From: an uncultured Actinomycetes bacterium
GTDB taxonomy: Bacteria; Actinomycetota; Actinomycetes; Streptosporangiales; Streptosporangiaceae
Length of the DNA stretch: 64,000 bases
Direction of reading: 5' to 3'
Assembly (NCBI GenBank): GCA_963833835.1
Contig: CAWHZI010000004.1
Coordinates: forward strand, 273,040 to 337,039
This document shows, piece by piece, positions 38,467 to 48,470 of this stretch; position 1 is the stretch's first letter; the number at the start of each line of letters is the position of its first letter. Below the pieces are notes generated by a model that worked only from the letters and a program-made list of their open reading frames with translations, made no database searches and had not been told where the DNA came from. A program made the translations under genes and the position numbers.

Positions 38467-39933
38467 GTGCCCCTGCCCGCGGTCTCGCGAGCCCTGCGGT
38501 CCCCGTTCGCGGTCGACCTGCGGTCGGTGCTCAGCGAGCGAGACTTCCGCCGCCTGTTCACCACGCGGCTGATTTCACAGGCCGGCGACGGGATCTACAC
38601 CGCCGGGTTCGGCGCCTACGTGTTCTTCTCCGCGACGACCTATCCGGATCCGGCGGCCGCGGCTGAGGCGTTCGCCGTGCTCTACCTGCCCTACTCGTTC
38701 ATCGGCCCGTTCGCCGGCGTGTTCATCGACCGCTGGTCCCGGCGCCAGATCCTGCTCGTCTCGGCGCTGGTCCGGGCGGTCCTGGTGGCGATCACCGCGC
38801 TGCTGATCGGCTCGGGGGAGCTGGGCATCCCGCTGTACGTGAGCGCGCTGGCCGCCCTGGGCGTGAACCGGTTCTTCCTGGCCTCGCTGTCGGCCGCGCT
38901 CCCGCACGTGGTCCGGGAGGACAAGCTGGTCATGGCCAACTCGGTCGCGCCCACGATCGGCGGCATCGTCACCACGGTGGCCGGGGTGACCGGGATCGGC
39001 ATCCGGCTCGTGCTCGGCGGCGGTCACGGCAGCGCGGCGGTGATCGTGCTGGTGGCCGCGGGCTGCTATCTGCTGGCCGGGCTGGCCGCGGCGGCCATGA
39101 GCCGGGACCTGCTCGGCCCGGTGCACGAGCCGGGCGCGGCGCCGGAGGCGCTGACCCAGGAACTGCGGGACGTGCTGCGTGGCCTGGCCGCGGGCGTGCG
39201 CTACCTGGCCCGGCGGCCGGGCCCAGCCGGGGCGCTGGGAGCCGTCGGGGGATACCGGGTGCTGTTCGGGATCGTGTTCCTGATGTCGATCCTGCTGTAC
39301 CGGAACTACTTCTACCCCGGGGGGAACGGCAACGCCGCGCTCAGCCACTTCACGCTGGTCGTGGTGGTGACCGCGGTCGGCTACGGCCTCGCGGCGGTCA
39401 TCTCGCCCGTGGTCACCCGGCGGCTGACCAAGCACACCTGGATCGCCCTCCTGCTGGCCGTCTCCGGGCTGGTCATGGCGCTGGGCGGCACGTTCCGGCA
39501 GCTGCCGTTCCTGTTCATCGGGTTCGTGCTCGGGCTCACCGGGCAGGGCATCGCGATCTCGGCCACCACGATCATCCAGGAGCAGACCAGCGACACCTAC
39601 CGGGGCCGGGCCTTCGCGCTGTACGACATGATGTTCAACGGCATCTTCGTGGCCGGGGCCGTGGTGGGGGCGCTGATCATCCCGGTGAACGGCAAGTCGT
39701 ACGCGCTGATCGTGGTGACCGGGGTCGGCTACCTGGTCGCCGCCCTGGTGTACGCCCGTTACGGCGCGGACCGGCCCCGTCAGGAGCCGGCCTCAGGCCC
39801 GTCCTCCGCCGCGCCGGGCCCGGAGGAGTCGCCCGGCTCCCCGGAGATGCCGCCTGGTGCTCCGGAGGAGTCGCCCGGCGCTCCGGGCGGGACGGACAGC
39901 CCCTCGGCCTCCGCCCAGCGCAGCAGCTCCTGA
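38467..39933 (+). CDS. MFS transporter with low-complexity C-terminal tail
   Basis: 12 predicted TM helices. Tail ..PGPEESPGSPEMPPGAPEESPGAPGG.. overlaps the convergent cca gene. Confidence 0.75.
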   Translation: MPLPAVSRALRSPFAVDLRSVLSERDFRRLFTTRLISQAGDGIYTAGFGAYVFFSATTYPDPAAAAEAFAVLYLPYSFIGPFAGVFIDRWSRRQILLVSALVRAVLVAITALLIGSGELGIPLYVSALAALGVNRFFLASLSAALPHVVREDKLVMANSVAPTIGGIVTTVAGVTGIGIRLVLGGGHGSAAVIVLVAAGCYLLAGLAAAAMSRDLLGPVHEPGAAPEALTQELRDVLRGLAAGVRYLARRPGPAGALGAVGGYRVLFGIVFLMSILLYRNYFYPGGNGNAALSHFTLVVVVTAVGYGLAAVISPVVTRRLTKHTWIALLLAVSGLVMALGGTFRQLPFLFIGFVLGLTGQGIAISATTIIQEQTSDTYRGRAFALYDMMFNGIFVAGAVVGALIIPVNGKSYALIVVTGVGYLVAALVYARYGADRPRQEPASGPSSAAPGPEESPGSPEMPPGAPEESPGAPGGTDSPSASAQRSSS

Positions 39934-41324
39934 GTGGCCCGTTCCCGGCCGATGATGCCCTCGTCGATCCGCAGTTCCAGCAGGAAGTTGTAGGCCTGGC
40001 CGACCTGCGGTCCACCGGGTATGCCGAGGATCTGCATGATGTCGTTGCCGTTGAGCTCGGGCCGGAGCCGGGCCAGCTCCTCCTCCTGCGACAGGCGCGC
40101 GATCCGCTCTTCCAGGTCGTCGTAGGCGCGGGCCAGCCGGTCCGCCTTGGCCTTGTTCCTGGTGGTGCAGTCGGCCCGGGTCAGCGCGTTCAGCCGGGTC
40201 AGCAGCGGGCCGGCGTCCCGTACGTAGCGGCGGACGGCCGAATCGGTCCACTCCGCGTCGCCGTACCCGTGGAAGCGCAGGTGCAGCTTGACCAGTTCCG
40301 AGACGTCGTTCACGACGTCCTTGGGGAACCGCAGCGCGGTCAGCCGCTTGCGGGCCAGCTTGGCCCCGACCACCTCGTGGTGGTGGAAGGCGACCCGGCC
40401 GTCGGGCAGCTTCGAGCGGGTCTTCGGCTTGCCGATGTCGTGCAGCAGCGCGGCCAGCCGCAGCACCAGGTCGCCGGTCAGCCCGTAGCGCTCCTCCAGC
40501 CCGATGGCCTGCCGCAGCACGGTGAGCGAGTGCTGGTAGACGTCCTTGTGCCGGTAGTGCTCGTCGGCCTCCAGCCGCAACTGCGGCACCTCCGGCAGCA
40601 CCCAGGCCGCGACACCGGTCTGGACGAGCAGGTCGATGCCCCGCGCCGGGTCGGGGGTCAGCATCAGCTTGCTCAGCTCGTCGGTGATCCGTTCGACGGA
40701 GACGTCCTCGAGCAGCTGGCCGGCGTAACGGGTCATGGCCTCGCGCACGTCGTCGGCCACGGTGAAGTCCAGCTTGGCCGAGAACCGGGCCGCCCGCAGG
40801 ATCCGCAGCGCGTCATCGGAGAACGACTCGTCCGGCGAGCCGGGGGTCCGCAGCACCTTTTCCCTCAGCGCGGCCAGGCCGCCGAACGGGTCGACGAGCT
40901 CGTGCCCGGGCAGCCGCGCGGCCATCGCGTTGACGGTGAAGTCCCGCCGCCGCAGGTCCCCTTCGAGCGACGTGCCGTAGTGCACCGTCGGCTTGCGCGA
41001 CCGGGGCACGTACTCCTCGCTGCGGTAGGTGGTGACCTCCAGGATCCTGCCGTTCTTGCGCAGGCCCACGGTGCCGAAGTCGATGCCCGGGGTCCACACG
41101 TGGTCCGCCCACTGGTCCACGATCCGCAGGATCTCGCTCGGCGGGGCGTTGGTGGTCAGGTCGAAGTCGCCCGGCTCGCGGCCGAGGAACACGTCCCGGA
41201 CCGGGCCGCCCACCAGGGCCAGCTCGTAGCCGTGCCGGGCAAAACGGCGCCCGAGATCGTCGGCGACCGGCGACACCCGTCGCAGCCGGGCCGCAGCGGC
41301 TTTTCGCTGGTCGTCGTCGAACAT
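39780..41324 (-). CDS. cca: CCA-adding tRNA nucleotidyltransferase (poly(A) polymerase-head + HD)
   Basis: ORF trimmed to ATG 41324 (MFDDDQRKAAA). GGPVRD and DFDL nucleotidyltransferase motifs, HD motif LLHDIGKP. Confidence 0.9.
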   Translation of the reverse strand: MFDDDQRKAAAARLRRVSPVADDLGRRFARHGYELALVGGPVRDVFLGREPGDFDLTTNAPPSEILRIVDQWADHVWTPGIDFGTVGLRKNGRILEVTTYRSEEYVPRSRKPTVHYGTSLEGDLRRRDFTVNAMAARLPGHELVDPFGGLAALREKVLRTPGSPDESFSDDALRILRAARFSAKLDFTVADDVREAMTRYAGQLLEDVSVERITDELSKLMLTPDPARGIDLLVQTGVAAWVLPEVPQLRLEADEHYRHKDVYQHSLTVLRQAIGLEERYGLTGDLVLRLAALLHDIGKPKTRSKLPDGRVAFHHHEVVGAKLARKRLTALRFPKDVVNDVSELVKLHLRFHGYGDAEWTDSAVRRYVRDAGPLLTRLNALTRADCTTRNKAKADRLARAYDDLEERIARLSQEEELARLRPELNGNDIMQILGIPGGPQVGQAYNFLLELRIDEGIIGRERATQELLRWAEAEGLSVPPGAPGDSSGAPGGISGEPGDSSGPGAAEDGPEAGS

Positions 41325-41489
41325 GGGCACGGGGTTCACCAAGGGAGGGGGAGAGAAATTCGGCACGGCCACCGAGGGTATTGATTCCCGCGGGGCAAGG
41401 AAAGCGAGGATACCCGGCGGGCGGCCGAAACCGCGGGCCGGCCGACGGGGAAAAGGAGGCGATCGACGTGCGGCAATGGCCACCGGGGG

Positions 41490-43955
41490 GTGCGCGTTCA
41501 GCGCGCACCCCGGCTCTTTTCAGGAAACGGCAATAACATTCCTGGCGTGCCGTGTCAGCATGCCGCGCCGGGCGCCCGCGTCCGGGTGACGGTCACTCTC
41601 GCCATCGTCGCCGCCTTCCTGGCGGTGGCCAGCGCCTGCATGCTGGCGTCGGCCCCGGCCGCCAGGGCAGCGGAAACCACGGGCTCAGCGTCGTCCCAGC
41701 CGGCGGTCTCGTCTCAGCCAGCGGTCTCGGTGGTCATCGATTCGGTCAGCCCGCAGACGGCCAAGCCGAACAGTACGGTGACCGTAACCGGCACGGCCAC
41801 GAACACGTCGCACGGCTCGGTGCCGGACGTGTCGGTCGTCCTCCGGTCGTCGGCCTCCGCGCTGGCCAGCCGGGACGATCTGGCCTCCTACGCCCGGGGC
41901 GCACTGGCCGCGGACACCCCGGTGGGGACCCCGGTCGCGGTGGCCAGCAGCCTGGCCGCCGGGACCACGGCCCACTGGAAGCTGTCGCTGTCGGTGCGGT
42001 CCATCGGGATCAACCAGTTCGGCGTGTACCCGCTGGCCGTGCAGGCGCGGGACGCGGCCGGCGTGACCGTCGGCATCCAGCGCACCTTCCTGCCGTACTG
42101 GCCGGGAGCCTCGGCAGCCGGCGTCAGCAAGCCGCTGCGGATCGCCTGGATCTGGCCCCTGATCAACCCGCCTCAGCAGGGCATCTGCACCGCGCTGACC
42201 AGTAACAGCCTGGCCGCCAGCGTGGCGCCCGGCGGACGGCTCGCCACCCTGCTCAACGTCGGCTCGTCCTACGCGACCAGGGCCGACCTGACCTGGTCGG
42301 TGGACCCCGGCCTGCTGAGCAGCGTCTCTACCATGACGCGCTCGTACCAGGTGGGGGCCAGTACTGCCTGCGACGGCGGCGTGAGCCATCACGCCAGCAC
42401 CGCGGCGACCCAGTGGCTGTCCGGTGTGCGGGCGGCCGCCGCGGGCCAGCCGATGTTCACCACCCCGTACGACGACGTCGACGTGGCCGCGCTCACCCAC
42501 CAGGGCCTCGACACCGACCTGCGGACCGCCTATGGCCTGGCCGGGTCGACCGCGAGCGCCCTGCTGGGGGAGTCCTACCAGTCGACCTCGATCGCCTGGC
42601 CGACGGACGGGCTGGCCGATTCGAGCGTGCTCGGCAACCTGGCCGTGAACGGCATCAGCACGACGGTGCTGGCCAGCAGCGAGATGCCGGCCACGGGCGC
42701 GGTGTCCACCGCGGACGACGCGGTGACCAGCACTCCGACTCCGGCGGGGACGACGATGAAGGTACTGCTGGCCGACTCCACGCTGACCAGCGTGCTCGGC
42801 TCGGCGACGTCATCGGCGGGCAGCGCCTTCGCGGTCAGCCAGCAGTTCCTGGCCGAGACCGCGATGATCGAGGCCGAGGACCCCCAGATGGCCCGGTCGG
42901 TGGTGGTCGCGCCGCCGCGGGAGTGGGATCCGTCGCCCGCTCTGGCCGACGATCTGCTCGGCGAGACGACGTCGACTCCCTGGCTGTCCCCGGACACGCT
43001 GTCCGGGCTGGCCTCCTCGGCGGCCAGCACCAGCCAGGCGCAACGCCAGGCGCCGCCGGACAACCAGGTCAGTCCCAGCGAGCTGACCGGGACCTACCTC
43101 AAGAAGGTGGGGCAGCTCGACGCCGGCCTGCGGTCGTTCAAGAGCATCCTGGCCCAGCCCCAGGCGAAATACCTGGCCCAGCTGAGCGGGGGCGTGGCCG
43201 CCACGGAGTCGTCGGCCTGGCGAGGCAGCCCCGCCGCCCGGAAAGCCGGAACGGCCATGCTGAGCCGGGTGTCCGGTTACCTGGCCGACGTTGACCGGAA
43301 GGTGCAGATCATCAATTCGGGCCGGGCGACCCTGGTCGGGTCGTCCGGGTCGTTGCCGGTGTCGATCGAGAACGGGTTGCGGGTGGCCATTCAGGTCCGG
43401 CTGCAGGCCACCGAGCCGCCCGTCAGCCGGCTGACCGTTTCCGGCTACACACCGAAGGGCTTGATAACGGTGGGTGCCGGGCAGACGGAGACGGTCCGGG
43501 TCGCGGTCCACTCCGGCGCGGTCGGCAACACCACCATGCAGCTGCGCCTCTACGGCAAGGACGGCCGGCCGCTGTCCAACGGTCCGGTGGCCCTGAGCGT
43601 GCAGTCCACCCAGTTCGGGAGCACGCTGCTGATCATCATCTTCGTTGCGCTGGGCGTGCTCGTGCTGACCGCGATCGCCCGGGCGATCCGGCGCGGCCTG
43701 CGCGACACTCCCGGTGGCCCGGGAGACGGCGCCGCGGGGGACGGTGACGGGGACAACCCCCCGCCGGGCGCTGCGGCCAACGCTTCCGCCGACGTGCCGG
43801 ACGGCGGCGACGAGGCAGAACGATCACCGGCAATGCCCTTTGAGGCCGGCGGAGACGCTACCGTCGAAACAGGCAACGACGCCACCGAGTCCCGCTACCC
43901 ACCGGAGGCCCCGGATGACCACGCCCGAGCACGAGACTGGGCCAGGTACGCCTGA
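41490..43955 (+). CDS. Large conserved secreted/C-terminally anchored actinobacterial protein (position of mycobacterial Rv3909)
   Basis: Signal-like LAIVAAFLAVASACMLASAPAARA. C-terminal TM LLIIIFVALGVLVLTAIA plus an acidic tail. Start uncertain (GTG 41586 is possible). Confidence 0.6.
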   Translation: MRVQRAPRLFSGNGNNIPGVPCQHAAPGARVRVTVTLAIVAAFLAVASACMLASAPAARAAETTGSASSQPAVSSQPAVSVVIDSVSPQTAKPNSTVTVTGTATNTSHGSVPDVSVVLRSSASALASRDDLASYARGALAADTPVGTPVAVASSLAAGTTAHWKLSLSVRSIGINQFGVYPLAVQARDAAGVTVGIQRTFLPYWPGASAAGVSKPLRIAWIWPLINPPQQGICTALTSNSLAASVAPGGRLATLLNVGSSYATRADLTWSVDPGLLSSVSTMTRSYQVGASTACDGGVSHHASTAATQWLSGVRAAAAGQPMFTTPYDDVDVAALTHQGLDTDLRTAYGLAGSTASALLGESYQSTSIAWPTDGLADSSVLGNLAVNGISTTVLASSEMPATGAVSTADDAVTSTPTPAGTTMKVLLADSTLTSVLGSATSSAGSAFAVSQQFLAETAMIEAEDPQMARSVVVAPPREWDPSPALADDLLGETTSTPWLSPDTLSGLASSAASTSQAQRQAPPDNQVSPSELTGTYLKKVGQLDAGLRSFKSILAQPQAKYLAQLSGGVAATESSAWRGSPAARKAGTAMLSRVSGYLADVDRKVQIINSGRATLVGSSGSLPVSIENGLRVAIQVRLQATEPPVSRLTVSGYTPKGLITVGAGQTETVRVAVHSGAVGNTTMQLRLYGKDGRPLSNGPVALSVQSTQFGSTLLIIIFVALGVLVLTAIARAIRRGLRDTPGGPGDGAAGDGDGDNPPPGAAANASADVPDGGDEAERSPAMPFEAGGDATVETGNDATESRYPPEAPDDHARARDWARYA

Positions 43956-44012
43956 CCCCAGGCTCCACGCTGGCGCGGACGGCCGCCGGCGATCCCAGCG
44001 CGCGGCGGCGAC

Positions 44013-46616
44013 GTGAGCAACCGCTACCCCGGTGACGAGCCGGGCCGGACCTACCAGTACCCATCCTGGCCCGAGGACGGCCACGAGCGGGAACGGGAGC
44101 CCGATCCCAGCGCCTGGGCGGCCGATCCGGCCGAGCCGGCCGGCTCCGTGGGCGAACCTGGGCCGCCGGCGTACCGGCCCGTCGACCCGGACGAGCCCGG
44201 ACCGCCCTACCCGCCGGATCAGTCCTACCGCCCGGACCGGCCCCAGCCCACCTTCCGGCCCGCCCCCGGCCAGCACGCCCTGGGCGAGCGCGATCCCGGC
44301 CAGCACGATCCCGGTCAGCGCGATCCTGCGTACCCGGACGGCGGGTTCTACGAGGCACCCGGAAACGGCTACCGCGACTTCCCGGACGACCCGCCGCGCC
44401 GGCCTGTGACGAACTACCGCAGCCCGACGACCTGGAGCGGGCCGCCCACCCCGCCCCCGACGGAGCCGCCGCGCGGCCGGCATGAGCCGGACGCCCCCGT
44501 CGAAGGCCGCCGGGACCCGGGTGGCTGGTACCAGGCCACCCCGGAGAGTCCTGCGCCACCCCGGCGGCCGGCCGAGCCGCCGCGACCCCCTGAGCCGGTC
44601 CGGGCCGCCGAGCCGGTACGGGTGGCTGAGCCGACGCGAGCCGACGAGCCAGCTAACGCTAGCCAGGCGCCGGATGAGCGGGCCTGGTGGGACGACGCCT
44701 TCCAGCCGTCCACCGGCGGGCCGCCCGCCGCTGGCGGCCGCGCCCTGCCCTCCGGCGCGCGGGGAACGGCCACGCCGGCCGCTGCGCCGGCGCCGCCCCG
44801 GCGCCCGCGCCCGGCCTCGGCTCAGGGCTACGGCGTACCTCCGGGTGACCTGACCCAGCCGATTTCGATCTATCAGCCGCAGCCGCGGTTCGTCCCCAAC
44901 CCCTACCAGGCCGAGGACACCTACCTCGACGTGGCCGTCGAGGAGACCTCCCTCGACCTGCTGCATCCGATCCGGCCCGAACGGCCCGCCGGGACCAACC
45001 TGGTCCGGACCACCGGGTCGATGGCGCTGGGCACCCTGCTCTCCCGGATCACCGGGTTCCTGCGCACGTTCGTGTTTGTGCTCGCGCTCGGCACCACCAG
45101 CCTGGCCAACGCCTACAACAACGCCAACACGATCCCGAACGCGGTCTACGACGTCATGATCGGCGGAGTCCTGACCAGCGTGGTGGTGCCGCTGCTGGTC
45201 AAGGCGGCCCAGGACCACCGCGACAGCGGCGAGGCCTACAGCCAGCGGATGTTCACCCTCACCGTGCTGGCCCTCGGCAGCGTGACGATCGTGGCCACGG
45301 TCGCGGCCGGCCTGCTGGTGGACCTGTATGCCGGATCGATCCACGGCACCGAGCACCAGCTCATGGTGGTGTTCGCCTACTTCTTCATCCCGCAGATCTT
45401 CTTCTACGGGCTCAGCTCGCTGATGGGCGCGATCCTGAACACCAGGAACAGCTTCGCCGCGCCGATGTGGACCCCGATCATCAACAACGTCATCGTGATC
45501 GTGGTCGGCCTGCTGTTCGTGGTCATGGTGGGCCTGGACAAAACCACCGGCAACGTGCCCACGGTCGGCGTCGTGCTGCTCGGTGTGGGCACCACACTGG
45601 GCATCATCGTCCAGACCCTGGCCCTGATCCCGTCCCTGCGCCGGGTCGGCTTCCAGTGGCACCCCCGGTTCGACTTCCGCCGGACCGAGCTGTCCGAGAT
45701 CGGCCGGATGGCGATATGGATGTTCGGCTACGTGATCTCCACCCAGATCACGTTCATCGTGACCACGAGGTTGGCCAACTCGGCCAGCCTGCACGTCGCG
45801 GACGCCGGTGTCTCCGCGTACAACTACTCGTACGCGCTGTTCCTGCTGCCGTACGCCATCATCGGGGTCTCGGTCACCACCGCCCTGCTGCCGCGCATGA
45901 GCAAGAACGCCGCCGAAGGACGATTCCAGCAGGTCAGCGACGACTTCTCCTACAGCATCCGGTTGTCTTCGGTGATCCTGGTCCCGGCCGCGCTGCTGCT
46001 CGCGGTGCTGGGGCCAGCGCTGTGCGAGTTCCTGTTCGCCCACGGCAGCACGAGCACTGCGGGCGCGAGGTACATCGGCGAGGCGTTCGCCGCGTTCTCC
46101 CTCGGCCTTTTGCCGTTCGTCATCTTCCAGCTACTGCTGCGGGTGTTCTACGCCATGCACGACAGCCGGACCCCGGCCATCATCGGGTTCCTGACCACGG
46201 CCGCCACCGTGATCGGGAACCTGGTCGTGCTGGTCATCCTGCCGCCCGGCCAGCTGGTGATCGGCATGGCCTTCGTCTACGGGCTGACCAGCGTGTTCAG
46301 CGCGGCGATCGCTTGGCGGCTGCTGAACCGGCAGGTCGGCAGCCTGGACGGCCGGCTGGTGACCCGCAGCTTGGTGCGCATGCACGTGGCGACGATCCCG
46401 GCCGTGATCTTCGCGCTCGTGGTCAGTCTCGGCGTCGGCTCGGTGCTGCAGGCCGGGCCGCTGTACGGGCTCATCGTGTCGCTGCTGGGCGGAGGCGGCG
46501 CGCTGCTGCTCTACGTCATCGTGGCCAAGGCCCTGCACGTGGAGGAACTGAGTCAGCTAATGCGGATGGTGGGCGGCCGGTTCGGCCGCGGCCCGCAGGG
46601 AAGCCCGGCCCGGTGA
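44013..46616 (+). CDS. murJ: Lipid II flippase MurJ/MviN with about 330-aa Pro-rich N-terminal extension
   Basis: MurJ core starts near TGSMALGTLLSRITGFLRTFVF, with 14 TM helices. The N-terminal third is disordered (P/E/R/D-rich). Start uncertain. Confidence 0.85.
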   Translation: MSNRYPGDEPGRTYQYPSWPEDGHEREREPDPSAWAADPAEPAGSVGEPGPPAYRPVDPDEPGPPYPPDQSYRPDRPQPTFRPAPGQHALGERDPGQHDPGQRDPAYPDGGFYEAPGNGYRDFPDDPPRRPVTNYRSPTTWSGPPTPPPTEPPRGRHEPDAPVEGRRDPGGWYQATPESPAPPRRPAEPPRPPEPVRAAEPVRVAEPTRADEPANASQAPDERAWWDDAFQPSTGGPPAAGGRALPSGARGTATPAAAPAPPRRPRPASAQGYGVPPGDLTQPISIYQPQPRFVPNPYQAEDTYLDVAVEETSLDLLHPIRPERPAGTNLVRTTGSMALGTLLSRITGFLRTFVFVLALGTTSLANAYNNANTIPNAVYDVMIGGVLTSVVVPLLVKAAQDHRDSGEAYSQRMFTLTVLALGSVTIVATVAAGLLVDLYAGSIHGTEHQLMVVFAYFFIPQIFFYGLSSLMGAILNTRNSFAAPMWTPIINNVIVIVVGLLFVVMVGLDKTTGNVPTVGVVLLGVGTTLGIIVQTLALIPSLRRVGFQWHPRFDFRRTELSEIGRMAIWMFGYVISTQITFIVTTRLANSASLHVADAGVSAYNYSYALFLLPYAIIGVSVTTALLPRMSKNAAEGRFQQVSDDFSYSIRLSSVILVPAALLLAVLGPALCEFLFAHGSTSTAGARYIGEAFAAFSLGLLPFVIFQLLLRVFYAMHDSRTPAIIGFLTTAATVIGNLVVLVILPPGQLVIGMAFVYGLTSVFSAAIAWRLLNRQVGSLDGRLVTRSLVRMHVATIPAVIFALVVSLGVGSVLQAGPLYGLIVSLLGGGGALLLYVIVAKALHVEELSQLMRMVGGRFGRGPQGSPAR

Positions 46617-46875
46617 TGCGTATGCCAGGTGTCCAGTGCATGTCAAGGCCATGGCCGGCCTGGGATGTGCGGCCCGGACGTGGGATCATAGATATGAGAG
46701 TTTGACGCCAATCGCGTATAACGGTTTACACGGGGCCGTTCGCTCGTAGCCCTGATGGCAGGGCAAAGCGTCTTACCATTAGGGACACCGACCGCGCTGT
46801 GGGGGATAACTCCGCCGATCCGCTGGGGACCTGGAAGGAGGGTCGAGAGCCAGTCCTGCTCTTGACGGGTGACGC

Positions 46876-48453
46876 ATGAGCACATACACCTCTGAACCGG
46901 GAACCAGGCTGGCAGGCCGCTACCGCCTCGAGGATCAGGTTGACGCGGGCGGTGGCTGGGCGCTGTGGAAGGCGATCGACGAGATCCTGGCCCGCGCCGT
47001 CACCGTCCTGATGTTCGCGGAGAACTTCCCGCGCGTCCGGGAGGCGGTCACCGCGGCCCGGGCCGCCAGCCGCCTGAACGACTCACGCCTGTCGCAGGTG
47101 TTCGACGTCGACGACTCGGGCGAGCGGGCCTACATCGTCATGGAGTGGGTGGCCGGCGAGTCGCTGGCCGACATGCTCAGCGACGGTCCGCTGGATCCAC
47201 CCTGGGCGGCCGCTCTCGTGGCTGAAGCGGCCCAGGCCATCTCCGTGGCCCACGCGGCCGGCCTGGCCCACCTCCGGCTGGTCCCCGGCTCGCTGCGCTG
47301 GACATCCGGCGGCGGGGCGAAGATCACCGGCCTGGGTATGGACGCCGCCATCGCGGGCGCAGGTACCGGCGAAGACGGCGCCGAGGACCCCGCGGTGGTG
47401 GACACCCGCCACCTGGCCTGGCTGATGTACGCCGCGGTGACCGGTTACTGGCCGGGTCCCCAGGACACCGGGCTGCCGCCCGCCCCCACCATCGACGGGT
47501 CGGTCTGCACGCCGCGGCAGGTGTCCGCGGGCGTGCCCGCCAGCGTCGACTCGATCATCTCCCAGGGCATGTTCGGCCGGCAGGCGCGCAACGGCCAGAC
47601 GATCAGCACCCCGCTGGAGTTCGCGGACGCGCTGGCCGAGGTCGCGGCGCCCGCGGTGCCGACCCCGGTGCCGTTCGACGAGGTTGAGCAGACCACCTGG
47701 AATGCCGGCGGCGGCCAGGCGGCCCGGTACAACAGTCCCCCGGCCGACCCGCCACCGTGGAGCGTGCCCGGGGCGGGTGCACCCCGGGCGGTTCACGGCG
47801 GTCAGGGTGGCCGGCCCGGACGCGGTGGCCGGCCGCGGTCCAGTGGCGCGGCCAAAGCCCTGGTCAGCGCGCTGGTTGTGATCGTTCTGGTGGCCGTGGC
47901 CGCGGTGGTCTATGCGTTCAGCCACTCGTCGACGGGCGGCGGCGGCACCAAGGCCAGCAGCGGCGGTACCGGTAGCGTCAGCAAGTCCGCCAGCCCGTCC
48001 ACCGCGTCCAGCGTGGTGCTGAAGCCGGTCAGCGCCACCTCCGTCGACAACCCGGGCGAGGCGGCTGCGGTGATCGACAGCAGCCCCACCACCGACTGGC
48101 ACTCGCAGTTCTACATCGGCAACCCGGTCTTCGGGGGCCTCAAGAAGGGCACCGGCCTGCTGCTCGACATGGGGACGCAGGTCAAGCTGAGCCAGGTCGA
48201 CGTCCAGTTCGGCAGCACCTGCTGCACATCGATTCACATTGACCTGGGCAACTCGGACAGCCCGGCCTCGGAGAGCGGCTTCAGCACGGTGGCCAGCTCG
48301 ACCAAGGCGGTGGCGACGACCACGTTCAGCGTGAGCAGCTCAGCCAAGGGCCGTTACGTACTGCTCTGGTTCACCAGCCTGCCTCCCCTGCAGGGGAACT
48401 CGAACGAATATGAGGCCCAGGTCTACAACGTGGTCGTGCGCGGGTCCAGCTGA
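46876..48453 (+). CDS. Membrane pseudokinase with extracellular discoidin/CBM-like domain
   Basis: Kinase-like fold lacking the VAIK Lys (AVTVLMF), HRD (HLRLVPGSL) and DFG (GLG). TM ALVSALVVIVLVAVAAVVYAF. C-terminal beta-sandwich-like domain. Confidence 0.75.
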   Translation: MSTYTSEPGTRLAGRYRLEDQVDAGGGWALWKAIDEILARAVTVLMFAENFPRVREAVTAARAASRLNDSRLSQVFDVDDSGERAYIVMEWVAGESLADMLSDGPLDPPWAAALVAEAAQAISVAHAAGLAHLRLVPGSLRWTSGGGAKITGLGMDAAIAGAGTGEDGAEDPAVVDTRHLAWLMYAAVTGYWPGPQDTGLPPAPTIDGSVCTPRQVSAGVPASVDSIISQGMFGRQARNGQTISTPLEFADALAEVAAPAVPTPVPFDEVEQTTWNAGGGQAARYNSPPADPPPWSVPGAGAPRAVHGGQGGRPGRGGRPRSSGAAKALVSALVVIVLVAVAAVVYAFSHSSTGGGGTKASSGGTGSVSKSASPSTASSVVLKPVSATSVDNPGEAAAVIDSSPTTDWHSQFYIGNPVFGGLKKGTGLLLDMGTQVKLSQVDVQFGSTCCTSIHIDLGNSDSPASESGFSTVASSTKAVATTTFSVSSSAKGRYVLLWFTSLPPLQGNSNEYEAQVYNVVVRGSS

Positions 48454-48470
48454 AGCCCACTGGCCCACCC

